DNA of 64,000 nt from positions 50,034,001-50,098,000 of the forward strand of contig CM126219.1 of the NCBI GenBank assembly GCA_052327205.1, given 5' to 3'. The position numbers and the translations under genes are program-made. Below, in pieces: positions 27,855-39,660 of this stretch (position 1 is the stretch's first letter; each line of letters begins with the position of its first letter). Source of the stretch: Somniosus microcephalus. Its lineage: Eukaryota. A model generated the notes under the pieces. It saw only the letters and a list, made by a program, of their open reading frames with translations. It ran no database searches and was not told where the DNA came from.

Positions 27855-28022
27855 GTTCCTTATCAAGAACTGGGAGGGAAGACCCTGGTGATGGCAGTTT
27901 ATGACTTTGATCGATTCTCCAAACATGACTGCATTGGTCAAGTGATGGTGCTAATGACCAAAGTGGACCTTGGTCAACAACTGGAAGAATGGCGAGATCT
28001 GGAGAGTGCTGAGAAAGAAGAG
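27855..28022 (+). CDS. SYT2: Synaptotagmin-2 coding exon, C2A second half, 168 nt, phase 0-0
   Basis: Acceptor catatgcag|, donor |gtaggg. [56 protein letters not shown], with the Ca2+-binding DFDRFSKHD loop intact. VPYQELGG and VDLGQ are Syt2-like rather than Syt1-like. Confidence 0.97.
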
Positions 28023-28394
28023 GTAGGGTTTTGAGTGTCTTGGAACAGTCTCTGATATCCACGTGGCAAACTATAGAAAGGAAGTAAAACTGGAGAGGAA
28101 GTCATTATAATGTCTTGGAACAGTCTCTGATAGTCATGTGCTGCAATGAAAATTCAGGACTTAATGCTTAAAACTTTCCTGCATCTAAACAGTATAAATA
28201 CTTCTAAAGATTATCTTTTAAAAATCACTATATTATGTAAGACAAAATGACCAGCAAACTGAGAAATGTCTGGAGGGAATTCTACTTTTAAATTTCAGCA
28301 AATTGTTGATCATAGTACTAAGAATGTTTCAAAGTGATTATAAGGCTACTACATTGTATGTCCAACTAATCACCACTACCAAATTGAGTTATTC

Positions 28395-29055
28395 AGGTCA
28401 ATATTAACTGGGGGTGCCTTTCGGACGGGGCAGTGTAGGGCAGGACGGACACCACTGCTGGAAGCTCACCACGAGGCCCAGGCCATTTTAGTTCCTGATC
28501 CACATTTGAATAAAGTACTATAGTCTCCCGCCTAAAAATGGCATAACTGATATCAGTGCCGGCGTGTTGGGTGCCCGAAACCCCTGGGGACCCAAGGGAA
28601 CAATCCATGGTATGAAGTTAGCCATGGGCAGGGGGGCTGACAGCTGATACTGACACTGCGATGGAGAGGCAAGGCTTAGGCTGGGGAGGCCCAAGGACTC
28701 CTTGCAGGGCCCGGGAGAGCACTCCTGCTCCTTCTGAACCACAAGGGTGCCACAGAAAATGGACATTTTAAAACTTACCTTGGCGTCGTCTCACCACTTC
28801 TCGCCTTGGTTCACCTGTCTGGGTTGGCCCCATGCGGGCCTCCCGAATCTGGAAGTTAAATTGCCGTTGTGGCGCCAATGAGGTCAGCAGGCTACGACTT
28901 TCCAATGTAAAGTAGGCCCCCATCTGCCAGGCACGGGCGGCCCTCCGTACCTGTTCTCAGGTAAGTTAAGATGGGGAGGGAAGGAACGCTTAGGAATGCT
29001 GCTTGACTCCTGCCACCATAATCCCCCACCGGGCTGAGGGGTTAAAATCTATCCC
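28395..29055. mobile_element. Probable Harbinger-type MITE (degenerate)
   Basis: Right end GTTAAAATCTATCCC resembles the TIR of 12687-13354. Internal ggagagcactcctgctcc and acttacct motifs are similar to that element. Left end is approximate. Confidence 0.45.
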
Positions 29056-29727
29056 ATTGATTCTATTCTCGTAAATAGTTCAGTCTCTATCCAACCACTT
29101 ATTTCTGAAAATAAGAATGTTTGCTTCTACATATCGACTCCATTTTCTTCATGTTTTAATTCTGCTGCAGCTCCAGACTTGTTACCTGCAGGGAAAGTAT
29201 TTTATCTTGATTGGAAGTGGATTTTAATATAAATGCAGCTAAGGCAACACTCATGGCTGGAAATTCCTCCATGTATAACATGCAACCCACAAGCAAAGTA
29301 ATGGCTTTCCCCATGGGATAAATGCAAGGCACAGAAGAATTTCTAGCCCACAGTGTGCATGAGCTAGAACAGGAAATTTGAATTTAAGCCTCAAACTCCA
29401 CTTACACATTGTCAAGAAGGAAGACTAATTGGAGTATTCATTTTCATATCTTCTAAGTGCTAACAAAACAACTCAGATCACTTTAATGTAAAATCCCTTA
29501 TGGTAGGCACAAATTGCGCCCATTTTGAAAAGTGTTTCTTTTCCTCCAAGTTTTCGCTCAAATGCATTTGCTGAACGCAAAGTCTGCCATGAACCAACGC
29601 AATCGGGCAGCATTTAATAAGTATTTGTTTTTAAACTTGATACATTTAAGAGTGGTAACTTGGCAAAGTTTGATTAATACAGCTTAAAATGGGTTTATCA
29701 CAAAAAATAAGCATTTAAAATCACAGT

Positions 29728-30482
29728 GGCCCAAAATTTGCGATCGGAGGCTTCCCTCGGGCGGATGCCTCCGACCTGTAAAAAATCTATGAATTTACCT
29801 AGTGGCCCGGGAGGTACAGAGGCTTGCGATCCTGGGCCTCTCCGGGTACGCGGGGGCAGAGGCCCACGTACCCCGGGGCGCATGCGGTTCGTAAACGCCC
29901 CTGGGATCACGTGGGCCGGCCCAACCAATAAAAGAAGGGGGAATCCCCATTCATACTTATGGGAGTTCCGTACGTACGGAAACCCCATAAGTATGAATGA
30001 GGATCACTTAAAAAATACACAAACTCATGAACTAAATTTTAAAAAATGACATATTTAAAATGAATTAAAATGCCATTTAAGTAAATATTTTAAACGAAAA
30101 TTTAACTTTTTGAATTTTTTAAAATATGTTTTAATGGGACTAAAAATAAACTTACCTTATTGGACAGGGTTTTTAATGTATAAATGAGAGATACATTTTA
30201 TTTTCTATTTTTTAAAACTCTTATGCTGGTAAAAGCAGGCCTTATGCCTGTTGTTACCAGGCGTAAGAATTTCACAGGCATTCAGTGGGCGGAAGTTGGG
30301 CAAATAGCGCAACGCTGCACCCGCGGAGGCCCTTTTCCCGGGGCTGTGGAGGATCTGTCAAGAAGATTCTTGACAGATCGCAAGTTCCAGGTTTTAGCGC
30401 ATGTGCTTCGCATCCCTAAACCCAGAAGTTGCGCGGCTCCTACAGGCGCGGGTGCACTCGTAGGGGTCGCAAAATACGGCCC
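29728..30482. mobile_element. Harbinger-type MITE with internal 62-bp palindrome
   Basis: TIRs GGCCCAAAATTTGCGA / TCGCAAAATACGGCCC with 3-bp duplication AGT. Confidence 0.82.
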
Positions 30483-30719
30483 AGTGTCAATCCACTACCT
30501 GTGAGTAATCTGATTTTAAATGACTGAAAATTACTTTCAAAAAATATACAAAACTATATTCTAGCTAGATTGGGATACAGTAGTCAGTTCCTTAGTAAAT
30601 TAAAAAAATAAATTCATTCAAAATATTTCAAAACATACCTATTAGTGTCCTTGCACCCAAAAGATCCAGCTTAATTTTTGGAGCCTTCTCGAAGGCCTGC
30701 AAATGAGTGTAATTAGCAG

Positions 30720-31232
30720 AAACCCAACCAATGAAAGAAGGGGAATCCCCATTCATACTTATGGGGATTCCATACGTACTGAACTCCCCTAAGTATGAAT
30801 GGGGATCACTTAAAAAATACAAGAACACATGAAATAAGTTTTTTAAAATTACATATTTAAAATTAATTAAAATGCCATTTAATTAAATATTTTAAACAAA
30901 ATGTAATTTTTTGAAAAAGAAATTTATATGGACAGGGTTTTTAACGTATAAATGAGTGATAAAATTTTATTTTTCTTTTTTAAAGCACTTACGCTGGTAA
31001 AAGCACGCCATACACAAGGGCATTCGCTGGGCAAAAGTTGGGCAACTAGCGCAACTCTCCGCCGCGGAGTCCCTTCTCCCGGGGATGCAGATGATCTGTC
31101 AAGAGAATTTTTGACATCGCAAGTTCCAGGATTTCACGCATGCGCTTCACATGCCTAAACCCGGAACTTGCGCAGCCCCTACGGGCACGTGCGCACCTCG
31201 TACGCACCCATAGGGGCTGCAAATTACAGCCC
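30720..31232. mobile_element. Left-truncated copy of the same MITE family
   Basis: Aligns by eye to ~29920-30482 and ends GCAAATTACAGCCC. Confidence 0.75.
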
Positions 31233-31717
31233 ATAATCTTGACTGCACTACCTGAAAGGTGGTGGAAGCAGATTCAATAGTAACTTTCAAAAGGGAATTT
31301 GATAAATACTTGAAAAGGAAAAATTTGCAGGGCTGTGAGGAAAGAGCAGGTGAGTGGGATTAGTTGGATAGCTCTTTTAAAGAACCAGCACAGGCACGAT
31401 CGACCGAATGGCCTCCTGTGCTCTACGATTCAATGAATATGTATTGACAAAGGGACTGAGTGCCCTTTAAACGACGTGATGAGTGTTAATTACTGCCAGT
31501 CAACCTCTCTGGCACTGAAAATTAACTTTTACAAGTGTGGAGTCCCATTCCTTCAGGTTTTAATTGTTGGGAGAATTTTACAAAAGCATTTTTTTAGCTT
31601 TCCTTCCTGTCTCTTTTTTTCCTCTCTCTCTTAATCGAATCTTACTTTCCCTCTCTCTATTTCTCTTTCTATACCTAATTTGGCACTACATTCACCAAAG
31701 TGTTTTATGAATGGGAA

Positions 31718-32990
31718 ATACTGTTTGTGTTTTTTGAAGATGTAACCAGTAGGATGGATAAGGGGGAACCAGCAGATGTAGTGTATTTGGATTTTCAAAA
31801 ATCATTCGATAAGGTGGCACACAAGAGATTATTACACAAAATTAGGACTCATAGTATTGGGGGTAATATATTAGCATGGATTGAGGATTGGTTAATGGAC
31901 AGAAAATAGAGCGTAGCAATAAACAGAACTTTTTCAGGTTGGCAGGCTGTGACTAGTGGGGTACCGCAAGGATCAGTGCTTGGGCCTCAGCTATTTACAG
32001 TCTATATTAATGACTTAGATGAAGGGACTGAGTGCAACATATCCAAGTTTGCTGATGATACAAAGTTAGGTGGGAAAGTAAACTGTGAGGAGGATGCAAA
32101 GAGTCTACAGAGAGATATAGACAGGTTGACTGAGTGGGCAAGAACATGGCAAATGGAATACAATGTGGGGAAGTGTGAAGTTATCCACTTTGGTAGGAAA
32201 AACAACAAAGCAGAATATTTTTTGAATGGTGAGAGACTGGGAAGTGTTTGCACACAGAGGGACCTGGGTGTCCTTGTACATGAATCACAGAAAGTTAACA
32301 TGCAGGTACAGCAAGCAATTAGGAAGGCAAATGGTATGTTAGTTTTTGTTACAAAGGGATTAGAGTATAAGAGTAAAGAAGTCTTACTACAATTATACAG
32401 GGCATTGGTGAGGCCACACCTGGAGTACTGTGTACAGTTCTGGTCTACTTACCTAAGAAAAGACATACTTGCCTTAGAGGGAGTGCAACAAAGGTTCACT
32501 AGACTGGTTCCTGAGATGAGGGGATTGCCCTATGAGGAGAGATTGAGTAGCCTAGGTCTATATTCCTTAGAGTTTACAAGAATGAGAGGTTGAAACATAT
32601 AAAATTCTTAAGGGGCTTGACAGGATTAATGCTGGGAAAATGTTTCCACTGGCTAAGGAATCTAGAACACAGGGTCACAGTCACAGAATAAGGGGTCGGC
32701 CATTTAGGATTGAGATGAGGAGAAATTTCTTCACTCAAAGGGTTGTGAATTTTTGTAATTCTCTACCTCAGAGAGCTGTGGATGCTCAGTTGTTGAGTAT
32801 ATTCAAGACAAAGGTCAATAATTTTTGGGGAATTAAGGGAATTAAGGGATATGGGGATAATGCGGGAAGGTGGCGTTGAGGTAGAAGATCAGCCATGATC
32901 TTATTGAATGGCAGAGCAGGCTCCAAGGGCCAAATGGCCTACTCCTGCTCCTATTTCTAATGTTTTTATGTTATGTTCTTATGTTCTAAA
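31718..32990 (+). mobile_element. CR1 LINE, 5'-truncated, RT pseudogene to 3' tail
   Basis: [35 protein letters not shown] and LVRPHLEYCVQFW motifs. Stop codon and frameshift interruptions; (ttatg)n-type tail. Confidence 0.95.
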
Positions 32991-33444
32991 TTACACGTCC
33001 TTGTTCAGACCGTGCGCTGTTCATTTCACAATCCTTCAATCTGATTGATTAAGGAGATACACAGTTGCTTGCCGTGTTCACTCAGATCCCAGATGCCCTG
33101 TAGAGGGCGCAACGCCATTTCCATATTCCACTTCCAGCAACTTCCAGGATGTTAAATGGGCAAGAGCAAGTCTAACTAAGGGCGGGTGCCATTCGTTGTC
33201 CAGTTACAGGAATATTGAGGCCAATAAATGATTAAGGGGAATTTTAAAGTGAGTAAGTGTACTATCATTTGCAGTTTTGTGCACAGCGTCTGCATTGATG
33301 GAAATGGAGAGATGTGACCATCTGAAACTGCACACATTTTCTTAGCACAACAGAAAAGTTAAAATCATTTTTGAGATAACTTTTCTTCAGTCTAATATAC
33401 TCGGTGCAGTCATTTTTTGCTTCAAATGGACACCCAAACTATTG

Positions 33445-33992
33445 AAGTACAGTTTTGGTTTCCATATTTAAGAAAAGATATACTTGCTCTCGAGGCAATT
33501 CAGAGAAGGTTCACTCGGTTGATTCCAGAGATGAGGGGGTTGACTTATGAGGAAAGGTTGAGTAGGTTGGGCCTCTACTCATTGGAATTCAGAAGAATGA
33601 GAGGCGATCTTATCGAAACATATAAGATTGTGAGGGGGCTTGATCGGGTGGGTGCGGGGAGGATGTTTCCACTGATGGGTGAGACTAGAACTAGGGGGCA
33701 TAATCTTAGAATAAGGGGCTGCCATTTCAAAACTGAGATGAGGAGAAACTTCTTCACTCAGAGGGTAGTAAATCTATGGAGTTTGCTACCTCAGAGAGCT
33801 GTGGAAGCTGCGACATTAAATAAATTTATAACGGAGATAGACAGTTTCCTAGCTGATAAGGGAATTAGGGGTTACGGGCAGCGGGCAGGGAAGTGGACGT
33901 GAGTCTAGGTTCAGATCAGCCATGATCCTATTGAATGGCGGTGCAGGCCCGAGGGGCCGTATGGCCTACTCCTGCTCCTACTTCTTATGTAG
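33445..33992 (+). mobile_element. CR1 LINE 3' fragment, reading frame open to the natural stop (33902)
   Basis: VQFWFPYLRKDILALEAIQRRFTRLIP...GYGQRAGKWT*, followed by the 3' UTR. Confidence 0.93.
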
Positions 33993-35323
33993 CATTTGCT
34001 TTTATCCCTCATCAGTAGTTGAAGTGAATCTGATAACAGTCAGAAATTAAAAATCATAGCAGAAATATAATCCACCATGACTGAATTGCCTTGGCCAGAC
34101 ATCAGGTGCAATGCCCTTCAGAAAAAAAACTCACAATGCTGTAGTATTCTTGACATGATTCGATGTACATGTGGAACAGGCTCGAGGGGCTGAATGGCCT
34201 ACTCATGTTCCTTTGTACCTTCAGATCCTAGCTATCAATGTTGCTGTACTTTCACTTACATGACACCGCTTTTACTATGTTCAGCAATCCAAATGCGTAA
34301 CATTTTTAAAAACTTTAAAAGTAAAAGTAATTATTGTACACAATAATTTATATTAAAATCCACTTCCAGCCTATCAGTTAAGCTTAATTTTTGGAGCTTC
34401 CTCCAAGGGCTGCAAATGAGCGCAATTAGCGGACACGCCCAATGTAATAATAATTAATGAATTTCAACTGTAACTGATTTACTCTTGCAGCTTATGATGC
34501 TATCAGAACTGTTTCAATTTTTACGTGCAGGTCATATGAACTGTTAGACTAATATTACACCAAAATTGTATGTTAATTTAGTTGTTGCTGAGTCATAATA
34601 GAATGGTAAATTGTACAGTAACTGAAGATTACTGTGGATTGCCACCTTGACTGAGGCAACACTCTCTGGAGGACATTTTCTGAGTTTGTTTGCAGGAGGG
34701 AGCCTTGCCCGCTGGCCATGTAGACACTGGGACATCATGGGCACCTTGCAGCACAATTGCATGGTTGGCAGATGAGGCTCCGCTCCTGTAAAGTCAACTT
34801 GGTAAATCTGCCCATATATAAAGCAGTAGAAATGGGCAAAAATCACTTTTTGAAGCACTTTGAAGGACTTTCTGTCCTTTGAAATTTGTGATGTTTCTGT
34901 CTTTATTAAAATGAGAGTGTCAGTGGTGGAATTCGGATTGGCACCCAGTATCAGCACTGGATGTAGAGCAGTGTTTCCTTTGATTGTCTCCGTAAATTCC
35001 AGTGCCTTAATTTTAGAATAACCGTAATGCATCTATATGGCTTTTCCATTTTCCACACCAGCTACCCTTATTATCTCTGTGAGTAAGAATGTCAATTTAG
35101 CACCAGTAGTACTGAATTGTGTTTGGATTTTTATATGGAATCTCACCCATGAAGACCAGGCAGCAAGCTAGTTCCAAACTCACCTCAACATGGGATCATT
35201 ACAGCCAATAGAGAAAGGAAACTTTCATCCTATCAGGCTGGCTGTATTCGAGCCCAGGCCCCAGAGGTGAAAGGAAGCTCTGCTGCCCTATTCCATCAAT
35301 AAGTTAATTTTCTACATTATTAA

Positions 35324-35503
<180 letters not shown>

Positions 35504-36805
35504 TAAGACAACAGCTCATCTGAAAGTGCCAGAATTTAAGAGAAGCATTAGAGTTTGCAGTAAGCACAGAGACACTATGTAATATACCACCAGCTCTCCA
35601 TGAAGGAACAATCAACTGCACTTTATACAGTCTTCTCAACTAGTAGATCCCTCAGGAGCTCTTCAGTTTTTATCCCTTGGCTGTCTGAAAACAACTTGAT
35701 CAAAATGTATTACTAGTTACTGGTAAGAGAATATCAGCAGACAGCTGTTGAATTAAGAATTAAGCTTTGGTAAAGACTTGGTTTTAGACTCAAATCCCGC
35801 AAAGAATACAATTTGTGGGAAATTTGTCACAAAAAGTTAAGTGAGCTGTGTCATAAATATTGGTTTCAATTTAAAGCCCAGTAAAGCCTGATCAAACTCC
35901 CTAAACAAAAAAAAATAAAGGTGTTTTTTGTTTCCTTAAGTGATAAAGAGAAAAATAAAAATCCAGCTATATATTTCCTGGTGTACTCATGTTTTGTGCA
36001 CAGCATTTGTGGCAACAATGCTTTCTCTAAACCAAAATTATATTTAATTCACCTCAAAAAGCTGCCAAATAACATTGAAACCACCCCGATTAGGGATGAA
36101 ACAATGACATTCTGTGTTGTTTTCATGCTCCCAATTTTATACCAGATTTAACTTCCTTTCCTGTAAAAAGAAAACTGGGAAGACACAACTAAAACCTGGA
36201 TTCAGTACAACTGAAAAATGGTTCAAAGATCAAAGAAACTTGTGAAAAATAAAATGGAAAATCTAAATGTAATTTTGTGGTTAATTCTTTTCCCATAAGC
36301 TTTTCCCTAAATATCCTTCTGTATCCTAGAGAGTGGTTAATTTGAGGTGATTGTCCTAATGCAGTATTAAGTTGGTATAGGATATGGAGCCACATTGAAT
36401 CCCTTTTGTTCTGCTTTCAGTAAGTGTCCTACCCAGTGATTTCATTGACTATTAGTGCAATACATCACTTCCATGACTAGAGACGCTTTAAAAAAGTAAC
36501 CAATCATCTCTCCTGAACATTTTCATTCATAGTGCTGCCAGCTCTCTGGTACCTTCTCAAAATGACAACTCTTCATTTATGACCTTGGTGTGGGGGTCAG
36601 CATGCTTTGTAACAGTGCGAGGTTTGTGGTCAGAGCCAAGCCATGAAACTGACCTCACTCAACATCCATTCAAAGGCATTTTGAAGCAGGAATCCACGGC
36701 CCAGGGGCATGATGGCATTTTATATCATTCCTACTGTGATCCTGTCTGAGTTCAGTCAACAGCACAGGCAGAGGGGTCAAACCTGAGATCTTCTTTATCT
36801 ATAAA

Positions 36806-37462
36806 CTAGCTGGGGGGAGCCCGGCGTTGCCAGGGCTGTTTTGGGCTGGGCGGTTTAAATCGAGTCTCAGGCTTTGGGGCCTCTCTGTGTCCCTCTGTGA
36901 ATCTGCTGCCGGGCAACATTTTAAATCGAGTCCCAGGCTTTTGGGCCCTGTCTGTGTCCCTCTCTCAATCTGCTGCCGGGCAACATTTCTACCTTTTAAT
37001 ACCTTGAAAGATGAAAGTGAAAGTACTTATAAAACATTTTTGGTAAATCTTATGTTATTTTTAAAAGAGATACTAACTTTTTCAAAGCTGGATGATCAAA
37101 GTAGTTTGAGCTGGAAGCAGTGAAACAATGGCTGCCACATCCCTGAGATGAAAATGATTAGTCCCGCCCACACACACACACCGATTGGCCAACCATCAGG
37201 GGACCGTACTTCTTGATAACGTGTAAGTAGCAGATAATGAGTTTAATTTTGAAGGTTTTTTGCATAAGGCGCGAACAATTTTCGTCCGACCGAAAAGTTA
37301 ATATGCTTACGACCGTCCCGGAACCGTAAGCTTTCTTTGGAGGTAACGCGCGCGTAGGTAGGCTCTATAACTTTCGAGCGCATAGCCGGACAGACGCACA
37401 CCCGAGGACAGACAGACAGAAGGACAGACAGACAGACAGAACGACTCGTTTATATATATAGA
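36806..37462 (-). mobile_element. Non-autonomous Helitron (rolling-circle element)
   Basis: Minus strand reads A|TCTATATATATAAACGAGTCG...(TCTG)n...CTAG|T. GC hairpin AGCCCGGC-gtt-GCCaGGGCT (36818-36837) lies 8 nt from the CTAG. Inserted at an A|T site with no TSD. Confidence 0.88.
36854..36988. repeat. Two copies of a ~66-bp tandem unit inside the Helitron
   Basis: tttaaatcgagtc.caggcttt.ggg...aatctgctgccgggcaacatt starts at 36854 and again at 36920. Confidence 0.85.
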
Positions 37463-38400
37463 TGGTACCATTTTATAAAGGGTGCAGGAATAGAGAGACC
37501 TGGGGGGGGGTTCACACACACAAATCTTTGAAGTTGGCAGGACAAGTCGAAAAAGCTATTAAAAAAGCATATGGGATCCTTGGTTTTATAAATAGAAGGC
37601 ATAGAGCACAAAGACAAAGAAGCTGTGCTAAACCTTTATAAATCACTGGTTCAGCCTCAGCTGGAGAATTGCGTTCCACTCTGGGCACCACACTTTAGGA
37701 AGGATGTCAAGGCCTTGCAGTGGGTGTGGAGCAGATTTACCAGAATGATGCCTGGAATGAGAGACTTCAGTTATGTGGAGAGACTAGATTGCTCTCCTTA
37801 GAGCAGAGAAGATTTAACAGAGATGTTGAAAACTATGTAAGGTTTTGATAAAGTAAATAATGAGAAACTGTTTCTACTGGCAGGAGGGTCAGTACCTAGA
37901 GGACACAGATTTAAGATAATTGACAAAAGAACCAGAGGGGAGAGGAGGAGAATTTTTATTACACAGCGAATTGTTATAATCTGGAAAGTACTGCCTGAAA
38001 GAGTGGCGGAAGCAGATTCAAACTTTCAAAAGGGAATTGGACAGATACTTGAACAGGAAAAACTTGCAGGGCTATGGGGAAAGAGCAAGGGAGTGGGACT
38101 AATTGAAAAGAAAGAAAGACTTGCATTTATATAGCGCCTTTCACGACCACCGGACGTCTCAAAGTGCTTCAGTCAATTACATACTTTTGAAGTGGAGTCA
38201 CTGTTGTAATGTGGGAAACACGGCAGCCAATTTGCGCACAGCAAGGTCCCACAAACAACAATGTGATAATGACCAGATAATCTGTTTTGTTATATTGGTT
38301 GAGGGATAAATATTGGCCAGGACAATTGATTACTCTTTCAAAGAGCCGGCACAGGCACGATGGGCTGAAGGGCCTCCTTCTGTGCTGTATGATTCTATGT
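37463..38400 (+). mobile_element. Decayed CR1 3' fragment interrupted by a SINE
   Basis: ctggttcagcctcagctggag...ttctgtgctgtatgattctatg tail. Confidence 0.85.
38107..38323 (-). mobile_element. 5'-truncated Deu-domain SINE (SacSINE1-like) 3' part
   Basis: aaagaaagacttgcatttatatagcgcctttcacgacc tail. AATTGA duplication at 38101-38106 and 38324-38329. Reverse-homologous to ~22490-22695. Confidence 0.8.
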
Positions 38401-39112
38401 GGTTCAACCATAGCAGAGAATGCAGACAACGGAACCACTGGAGAAGGAGGATAACAAGAGAGTAGGTTTCATGTATGTGACTGCCAAGTTGTAAAACAAA
38501 CAACCTAAAGACCCAGTGCCATTATGCAGAATCTAGGTAGGGTCGATTTGCAGCTACCCAACATGTTGGAAGAATGATGGTTTTTGCACAGATCTATTGA
38601 TGGCATTTAAGAGTAAATTCACCATTTCCGCAGCCTGGAGTTAGGGCTACAATGCTGTCGTGCTAATTTTCTGACCCACACACCTTTTGGAGTAGAAATT
38701 GGTATGCATTACGCTTTTTTTTTCCAAGCATAAAACGGGCGCAACACATACCAATTTAGCAGTGGAACGGCTTGTGCCCATTCTGTACAGGCAATAGTCC
38801 CACTGCTCAATTTGTGGGGCCTGTTTCTTAGGTGTCCTTGTAACACCATTTTTGTGGGTGGAAAACGGGAGCAAACTGGACCAATTTGGGGCATGACATC
38901 CTGCGCCCAATTTGCAGAAGTATTAAGGGGGCTGCCTTATTGGCAGAGGCGACTTTGCAGGCATCCCTGATGGACACCTAAAGCAGGCGTGAGGCCCCTT
39001 ACAAATGTAAACGAGGGGTCGAATGCCTGTTTTAGGACCCATTGCAGAAATTCATCAGCCGGGTCTGCTCCACTCGGAATTCTTAAGTGGTCATTGCGGC
39101 TGAAACAGTGTC

Positions 39113-39373
39113 ATAAATAGACATTCTTATTATGAACACAGCTAGCTTTTGCTAGACACTTTTATTGAGCACATGTGGACTAGGTACAGTATCTGTAGAG
39201 GCATCCATCTTGACTGCTGCCTTCTGGGTAGCCTAGTGCCTCATGGGTAATGTAGTCTTAATACACATACAGCTGGGTAGTGTAGTCTTATACATACAGC
39301 TATATACAGCTCTACACAGCTCTACGGCTCCACCTAGTGTCCACTATAGAATGACATGTTATTGATCATTACA
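39113..39373 (-). repeat. 3' LTR of the Gypsy-type element (distal ~14 bp missing)
   Basis: Starts TGTAATGATC directly after the PPT. Has AATAAA on the minus strand at 39161-39166 (ACTAAA in the 5' LTR). Lacks the equivalent of 41425-41438. Confidence 0.9.
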
Positions 39374-39386
39374 TCCCCCTTTCTTT
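39374..39386 (-). other. Polypurine tract (PPT)
   Basis: AAAGAAAGGGGGA directly upstream of the 3' LTR TG. Confidence 0.9.
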
Positions 39387-39520
39387 GAAGTTTAACAAAA
39401 TCAATATCAATCAACTTTCAAGAAAACAATAAAGATAATATCAATAACACTTTTGTTAGTGCTCTATAAACATAAACATTTTCAAAACAGTCAACACATT
39501 TTCAAAGCTTTACATTGTAC

Positions 39521-39660
39521 TCAAAGATTAAGTCTATCAGGCTCTTTTACTTCACGTGTGGATCTTCTCAACACGGGTAAGTCTGATGTGTCTTCATGAG
39601 ATTGTTCTGGTGGTAAATGACAAGATGCAGTTGCGGCATTGTCATCAATCTGCTCTTGTA
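39521..39660 (-). pseudogene. Gypsy integrase C-terminal tail remnant
   Basis: A third frame reads ...QEQIDDNAATASCHLPPEQSHEDTSDLPVLRRSTREVKEPDRLNL*, the typical RRSxRxxxxPxRL pol terminus. Confidence 0.85.

Noticed and set aside
34544-35032. 162-aa ORF (also 1115-1600, 54431-54805, 54949-55317)
   Set aside because: No recognisable homology or exon structure; consistent with random intronic ORFs.
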